Shown: piece by piece, positions 58,465 to 64,000 of the stretch | How the letters are laid out: every line of letters begins with the position of its first letter | How positions within the stretch are numbered: the first letter of the stretch is position 1 | Source of the DNA: a virus | Direction: 5' to 3' (one strand) | Virus record (IMG/VR): IMGVR_UViG_3300027816_000056 | DNA length: 64,000 nt | Translations under genes and position numbers: made by a program | The notes under the pieces: generated by a model | What the model was told of the DNA's origin: nothing | The model's database searches: none | The model's input: the letters and a program-made list of their open reading frames with translations, nothing else

Positions 58465-60972
58465 CTATTTTCCAAATGAAAAGAATCGATTTGCATTATT
58501 ATTCTCCGGTAATGCGCCCCATCCCATTGCAGAATAAAAATCATCAAACTTATTGCTTAACTCACTTGAAAACATTTTGTTATGATCAATATACTGTTCT
58601 GCAAAGGCTACAATCTCTGGTGGGTCTTGATAACCTCGTAATGCTATAGTTTCAAAGCCATATGGATTGTTAAGCAAGTAACCCCATTTAATTTTTTCTC
58701 CATCTGATATAGGTAACACATCTGTATTTAATTGTGTTAACATATCATTGAAATTGATTGCAGCTTTAACGTGTGCAGTGGATCCTTTGATATATCCAGA
58801 AAATGGTTTTCGGCCTTTGATATATTTTGACAATTCTTTAACACTTGAATTCTTCATAATATTCAATACTTCTGATTTTTTAATATTACTTTTGAAATCA
58901 TGTATCAATGTAGAAGTTGTTTGCTTGTCTTTGCCTTTAAGAATAAACCACAATGTTTCTTTCATGATCTTTTTAAAGTCAGCCGGAAAACTTGATCTTA
59001 CAACATCTAATCCTTTTATATCCAATTTATCTGTAGGTTTTCCTTCTTTGAAAATAACCCATTGTGCATATCGTTTCTTTGCAATCCATAAACCAGATTT
59101 TGCAATGTATTCCTGCTTAATTTGGAATCTATGTTTTTCGGTATTATGAAATACTTTTGCATATTGATTATACATTGTATTAACAGTGCCTTGAATCTCA
59201 GATGCAATTGCATTTGTTTGTTCAATCATGAATTGTTCATCTTCAACATCGCATCCTGGAAATCTATGTTTGATTAAAGGTTCGCTGCTACAAAAGGTTG
59301 AATCTGTATCCGTGTAAAATGCAAACTCTGCTTTATCTCCAGATGCATTAACAAAATGATCCGTGCCTAATTCTCGTTGATATTGATTATTAATAACACG
59401 ACCAGAAAATTTAATTATGCTTTGCCCTACTGCTGTAATAGCACCTGCATTATCTAGATCATGAAAACGAAATGTTTTTAATCCTAATACTCCATAAAAT
59501 GAATTGAGCAATACTTTTTGCGTTAACTGCAATGCATCATAGAATTTATACTCCTCAGTACCTACTGCAAATGTATCTCGTTTGTCTTTGAATATTACAC
59601 GTTCATCAAACCATTTTTCAAGAATCGTTGGAAGAAATCCGCGTTGATCATTTCTATAGACTGTACCGTTACTTGCAATACTGTAATTATTTTCAACTAA
59701 CCAAGATCTAATATCTGGAATTGTTTTTCCATTCATCGTGACCTGAGTTGCTTCGTCTCGCATCATACATTCCTGATTCCAATTTGATACAACTCCAATT
59801 TTTGTTTCTGGAGATATATTCAATGTCATGATGATACTAGGATACAATGATGTTAAGTCCAAGTCATAGATCCATTTATATAATCCAGGTACCGGTGCTT
59901 TTACATATGCTCCTGCTAATGCATCAGCTATTGTTTCTTCTTCAATGAATCGGAACTGTTTGTTAGGCGCAACTAATCCGTTTCGCTTTAAATCTACAAT
60001 TGCAGCACCATCTAGATATTTAGATGCATAATATACATCTTCATATGGAACGTGACCTTTGTGACAAATTGAACGTGCTAAATTCAACATTTGCAACTTG
60101 TCGTCTAATTCATAAACCAGATCAACGTCAGTCATATTGTAATAAGCAAACTTGTGAATATCTTGTGTAAATAGTGTATCTAAATCACCTTCGTATTCAA
60201 CTTTGCCTCGACCTAATTCAAATTGTGCTACTGTATCTAATCGATAATTAGGAAGTTCTGTATATGTAAAGTTTTTATATAATTTTAAATAATCTAAACT
60301 AGATACACCTAAAATTTTCCACTTACCGGATTTGCTTTGTTCAACTACTCCTGCGGGAGATAATTTTTTAATGGATTGTGCACCTAATACTTTTTTGCAA
60401 CGACCTATCAAATACGGAATATCATATCCATCAGTATTCCAGCCTGTAATTACTGTAGGTTGTATTTCTGCGAATATATTAATAAATCTAGTTAATAAGT
60501 CTCTTTCATCTCGAAATATCTCTAAAGTATAGCCGTCACCTTGTATTTCACGGTCTTTTATGCGGCCTAATTCATCTAAAATTAATACTCGACGATCTTT
60601 GCCGACTTTATCATAGTATGCAATTGAAGTAATTGATGTACGTACATCATCAATTGTACTATAACCATTTTCATCTTTTGCTGTTTCAATGTCAAAAAAG
60701 AAATCTCTATGTCCTTTTGAAGGCTCATCTGATTCATAATACAAATCAATTAGAGTTCTAACTTCTTCATTTAAATCAGATTCATATGATTTAGGATTAT
60801 CTCTGTGATTACCAGCAACACGATCTAATCTAGTGCCGTCTAATGATTGATATTGTCCTTGTGTATTTGGTAAATATCCATATGGTTGAAATGGAAACTT
60901 TTGATGTCCTAATTCATCATCCCAAACGTGCATAATGCCGTTTTTCTTGTCGTAACCTATTGCTTGATACAT
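58465..60972 (-). CDS. DNA polymerase family B
   Basis: FDIET, GWNTDGYD, DLTSLYPSII, KVLLNSFYG, YTDTDS, KKRY. Confidence 0.96.
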   Translation of the reverse strand: MYQAIGYDKKNGIMHVWDDELGHQKFPFQPYGYLPNTQGQYQSLDGTRLDRVAGNHRDNPKSYESDLNEEVRTLIDLYYESDEPSKGHRDFFFDIETAKDENGYSTIDDVRTSITSIAYYDKVGKDRRVLILDELGRIKDREIQGDGYTLEIFRDERDLLTRFINIFAEIQPTVITGWNTDGYDIPYLIGRCKKVLGAQSIKKLSPAGVVEQSKSGKWKILGVSSLDYLKLYKNFTYTELPNYRLDTVAQFELGRGKVEYEGDLDTLFTQDIHKFAYYNMTDVDLVYELDDKLQMLNLARSICHKGHVPYEDVYYASKYLDGAAIVDLKRNGLVAPNKQFRFIEEETIADALAGAYVKAPVPGLYKWIYDLDLTSLYPSIIMTLNISPETKIGVVSNWNQECMMRDEATQVTMNGKTIPDIRSWLVENNYSIASNGTVYRNDQRGFLPTILEKWFDERVIFKDKRDTFAVGTEEYKFYDALQLTQKVLLNSFYGVLGLKTFRFHDLDNAGAITAVGQSIIKFSGRVINNQYQRELGTDHFVNASGDKAEFAFYTDTDSTFCSSEPLIKHRFPGCDVEDEQFMIEQTNAIASEIQGTVNTMYNQYAKVFHNTEKHRFQIKQEYIAKSGLWIAKKRYAQWVIFKEGKPTDKLDIKGLDVVRSSFPADFKKIMKETLWFILKGKDKQTTSTLIHDFKSNIKKSEVLNIMKNSSVKELSKYIKGRKPFSGYIKGSTAHVKAAINFNDMLTQLNTDVLPISDGEKIKWGYLLNNPYGFETIALRGYQDPPEIVAFAEQYIDHNKMFSSELSNKFDDFYSAMGWGALPENNNANRFFSFGK

Positions 60973-61193
60973 TTTTTATTTTTATAGTATCTGATGATAC
61001 CGTATGTGTTTATTGCTATTATAACTAATCCCAGGACCATATGACTAATATTATTTATGTAAATATCATATACAATCCAACCAATATCTCCTACTATCCA
61101 CCAAATCAAAGCAGGAAGAAAATGTCCGCGGGCATTGACAATGAAACCAATCAATACCAATGCCGTGCAGACCCATCCTAATGCTTCAATCAT
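60957..61193 (-). CDS. small PnuC-like membrane protein
   Basis: Three TMs; W..GD..W, INTYG pattern. Confidence 0.5.
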   Translation of the reverse strand: MIEALGWVCTALVLIGFIVNARGHFLPALIWWIVGDIGWIVYDIYINNISHMVLGLVIIAINTYGIIRYYKNKKCIKQ

Positions 61194-61489
61194 GGTTTTG
61201 TGTTTACCATAGCAATCTCATGTTCGCGAACCAATATAAATTCAGCATCTCCCAATTGTACTTTCTTCTGGGATCCTAAATTTCCAGAATATATTTTAAC
61301 TCGATCTCCGGCTTTTACTGTCATTGGTATTTTGTTACCGGTTTGTGTAAACAATCCATCGCCTACCTCCATCACATCACATTCAACATATTCATCCATA
61401 CCTGCCATCATGATGATACCACTCTTTGTTTTTTCTTGTTTTTCTAATTCTTTAAGGAGTACTTGATCTCCAATTGGTTTCCAATTCAT
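61190..61489 (-). CDS. groES: co-chaperonin GroES
   Basis: KPIGDQVLL, KTKSGII, VGDG, VKAGDRV. Confidence 0.88.
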   Translation of the reverse strand: MNWKPIGDQVLLKELEKQEKTKSGIIMMAGMDEYVECDVMEVGDGLFTQTGNKIPMTVKAGDRVKIYSGNLGSQKKVQLGDAEFILVREHEIAMVNTKP

Positions 61490-61500
61490 AACTTTTCCTT

Positions 61501-61749
61501 TTATTTATTATACAAATTTATAACTGTTTCTCGCGTTATATTAGATCCTACTAATCGACCTATTTCTATTCCATTTTTAATTAACAATACGGTTGGTACA
61601 TTACGCACATTCCATGTTTTGCAAGTTTCTGCACTAGAATCTGCATCAATAAATGTAATTGACATTTGAGATTGTAATGATTGCATTACAGGTTTAATCA
61701 TTTTGCAAGGACCGCACCATTCGGCAGTAAAATAAAGTAGTTGTTTCAT
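61501..61749 (-). CDS. trxA: thioredoxin
   Basis: WCGPC and VPT motifs. Confidence 0.9.
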   Translation of the reverse strand: MKQLLYFTAEWCGPCKMIKPVMQSLQSQMSITFIDADSSAETCKTWNVRNVPTVLLIKNGIEIGRLVGSNITRETVINLYNK

Positions 61750-61806
61750 CTTGTTATAACGTAATTAATTTGGTAATTTCCAAATGTTGTTGTTACTGTA
61801 TACATA

Positions 61807-61989
61807 TTATTTTAATTTGCTGATTAATCTGGGAGGGAACCAATCACAAGTATATTCATCCTTAGATACTCTGATTCTTTTCTCCCATAAGTCAATTCCT
61901 TGTACAATACCTTTAATCGAGTGTGATTCATCTATTTTAACTTTAACTACTTCACCCAATCTTAGGTTTTTTATATCATCAACGCTCAT
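61807..61989 (-). CDS. hypothetical protein
   Basis: 60-aa ORF. Confidence 0.5.
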   Translation of the reverse strand: MSVDDIKNLRLGEVVKVKIDESHSIKGIVQGIDLWEKRIRVSKDEYTCDWFPPRLISKLK

Positions 61990-61991
61990 AT

Positions 61992-62348
61992 TTATTTCAA
62001 TTTATTAATATCATTATAATGGATCCCACAATTTCTACAAACTAAGTAATTATCTGTAATCCAACTTGAATGTCCAGGTCCATAAATACCATTACTTTGT
62101 CTTTTAATATGGTGTATCTTATCAGTAGATTTACAAACAGGACATTCAATCTTACTGATTCGTTCTTCTTCTTGTTCTCTTTCTTTTTGTTTTCTTTCCT
62201 GTTCTGCTAATTCTCGTTTTTTCTGATTGGCATACCAATTAGATAAGTCAACTGGGGTGCCTTCAGTTCTTTCAAGTTTAACTCTTTTAGTTTCGTTTTC
62301 CATATCACACACCTCTTTTAGTAAGCATTTTTCTGATTCCATAACCAA
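61992..62348 (-). CDS. zinc-ribbon protein
   Basis: CPVC and CRNC pairs; likely start MENETK. Confidence 0.6.
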   Translation of the reverse strand: MVMESEKCLLKEVCDMENETKRVKLERTEGTPVDLSNWYANQKKRELAEQERKQKEREQEEERISKIECPVCKSTDKIHHIKRQSNGIYGPGHSSWITDNYLVCRNCGIHYNDINKLK

Positions 62349-62449
62349 TTATCTTTTCTTCAAAGGAAATAGAACAAATTTCTACTTTAAATATTTTTCT
62401 TAATATAGGATTAAGGGTTCTTTTAAACCAAGTTGAATGTGATTTCATA

Positions 62450-63139
62450 TTATTTATTATATTTTCTACTATTATTTATTCGTTTTGTCCAAGCTAAATT
62501 TGATGGATCGCAACATTCTCTAACTGTCATTCCTTCTTCAAAACATTTACTACGTGGTTTGATATGATCTAAACTAGGATAATTTTTATCACTAAAATGT
62601 AATGTTAAATTATCTTTTATATATTCGCCATCAATGTAATCATACCCATCCCATGTTTCTAACATCACTTTACGCATTTTTCTAGTATGATAATTGCAAA
62701 CCTTCCAATACTTTTTCCATTCAATGTTTCGTTCATCTACCCACCGTTGAATTAAACCTTTTTCTTTTTTTGTTTGTATCCCTTTTGCAATTGATTCTGG
62801 TGTATTTGAATATATATGCATATTAATCGCTTTTTTATCTAAACCAAATTCTGCAGGATGCAATTTCATATACTGTGAATAACATATATGACTACAAAAT
62901 TTTGACGTATTTGAATTATATACAGTTATCATATTGTTACAAAATTTACATTCCAAAGTTTTATATGATGTTTGTTTAAAATACATTTTTCTGCATTTCG
63001 CACTACACCAATTATTTTTAGCTGTTAATGTTTTTTTATTTCCGGAAATTGTTTCGTAATATGAATTACATACATCACATGTTCTGCCATGTATAAATTT
63101 ATATTTAGTTCCTATTTTTTCTGTACGTACATATGTCAT
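62450..63139 (-). CDS. putative HNH homing endonuclease with N-terminal Zn-binding repeats
   Basis: Two CxxC...CSxxC repeats; SLDHIKP...NLAW...NSRK. Confidence 0.7.
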   Translation of the reverse strand: MTYVRTEKIGTKYKFIHGRTCDVCNSYYETISGNKKTLTAKNNWCSAKCRKMYFKQTSYKTLECKFCNNMITVYNSNTSKFCSHICYSQYMKLHPAEFGLDKKAINMHIYSNTPESIAKGIQTKKEKGLIQRWVDERNIEWKKYWKVCNYHTRKMRKVMLETWDGYDYIDGEYIKDNLTLHFSDKNYPSLDHIKPRSKCFEEGMTVRECCDPSNLAWTKRINNSRKYNK

Positions 63140-63197
63140 AACAATCCTTTATTATAAATATGCAGTATTATATTTCTTTTTCAGTGTCTAATGCAGT

Positions 63198-63986
63198 TTA
63201 CACCCCGCGCTGCGTATTGAAAGCTATTATGTGATCTCTTCCTGTCATGTTATATCCTCGTTCGGCACACATTTCAAATACTATCGGATACATTTTGATT
63301 AATTCTTCTCGAGTATCGCCGGCGGGCATAATATACGTCTTTTCTTTAGGAATTTCTAAAAATTCGCGTGCTTCTTCAATTTCTTTAAGATTCTCTTCAG
63401 TGCCATCCCATACTGGTTTAAAATGATAATCAGAATGAGTGGTTATCATTGCATTCATTGCTGAATAATTCAGCCTAAACTTGTTATGTTGCGCAACCAT
63501 CTTTTCATCCGTAATCGTGCCTTGCGGCGTAGCAACACCCACCCTGGGAACGCTATTGCTAAACTTAGGGCTAAGAGAGATAAGCCCAATAGGATAATCA
63601 GTCTCAATAAAATGCGAGCCTTCAGTTTCAATAGTAATGAGAATATCTCTTTCATGTGCAAAATGTGTTAGTTCGTTAACTAATGCAGGATGCATTGTGG
63701 GAGATCCACCCGTTAACATCATTTCTTTGATATGTGGATTTTTATCATAAATATCAATGATATCATTAAATGTAAATGTGCCTTTTTCTGGGTGAATGCT
63801 AGTGTACCAAGAGTCACACCAACCTCCTTCGCCAAACCAACAACGATGAGTGCAGCCTGTAGTTCTAACTGCAATTGTAGGTCTGCCAAATCGAGATCCT
63901 TCTGATTGTACACAACGATATAATTCTACTATTGGAAGTATTTTCGTGTAATCTGTAATTCTTTTAGAATGGGAGGTCATCGTCAT
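63198..63986 (-). CDS. queE: 7-carboxy-7-deazaguanine synthase (radical SAM)
   Basis: VQSEG, VRTTGC...C...CDS, LTGG, IETEG, SLSPK. Confidence 0.88.
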   Translation of the reverse strand: MTMTSHSKRITDYTKILPIVELYRCVQSEGSRFGRPTIAVRTTGCTHRCWFGEGGWCDSWYTSIHPEKGTFTFNDIIDIYDKNPHIKEMMLTGGSPTMHPALVNELTHFAHERDILITIETEGSHFIETDYPIGLISLSPKFSNSVPRVGVATPQGTITDEKMVAQHNKFRLNYSAMNAMITTHSDYHFKPVWDGTEENLKEIEEAREFLEIPKEKTYIMPAGDTREELIKMYPIVFEMCAERGYNMTGRDHIIAFNTQRGV

Positions 63987-64000
63987 CTTCTATTTTATTT

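Noticed and set aside
58465-60972. Intein or intron in DNA polymerase
   Set aside because: ORF is continuous, of normal length, with contiguous motifs and no splice-junction signatures

Overview
A 64-kb segment of a large, AT-rich tailed-phage genome (T4-like/jumbo type). The host is almost certainly a Bacteroidota (Flavobacteriales-like) bacterium, judged from T9SS cargo domains and the promoter consensus. Essentially all real genes are on the minus strand in the standard genetic code. In transcription order (right to left) the window holds: queE, an HNH nuclease, thioredoxin, groES and a family B DNA polymerase; a compact DNA-modification-like block (hypothetical, cytidylyltransferase, QueD-like T-fold, glycosyltransferase, TGT/DpdA-like); sliding clamp, dUTPase, clamp loader and a PD-(D/E)XK nuclease; an ~18-kb sugar-synthesis/glycosyltransferase cluster; a lysis cassette (holin, GH24 lysozyme, M15 peptidase) running directly into a PAS histidine kinase, a stand-alone receiver and a membrane protein; a set of proteins sharing an M-x-x-L-K-x-[LI]-[LI]-x-E leader (likely head-packaged, protease-matured); ClpS; a MoxR AAA/VWA pair; groEL; GH16; thyA; a three-gene T9SS-cargo cluster; a 1.3-kb array of 3 tRNAs, 4 aberrant tRNA-like RNAs with identical acceptor stems and several structured spacers; a coiled-coil protein followed by a ~270-nt rod-like RNA with hexamer repeats; two metallophosphoesterases; and small ORFs. 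The most promising candidates for undescribed systems are the two-component system inside the lysis operon, the deazaguanine-plus-glycosyltransferase module, the protein plus rod-RNA pair, and the AGTCAGG tRNA-like family. All calls come from motif recognition and hand folding; no database searches were run.
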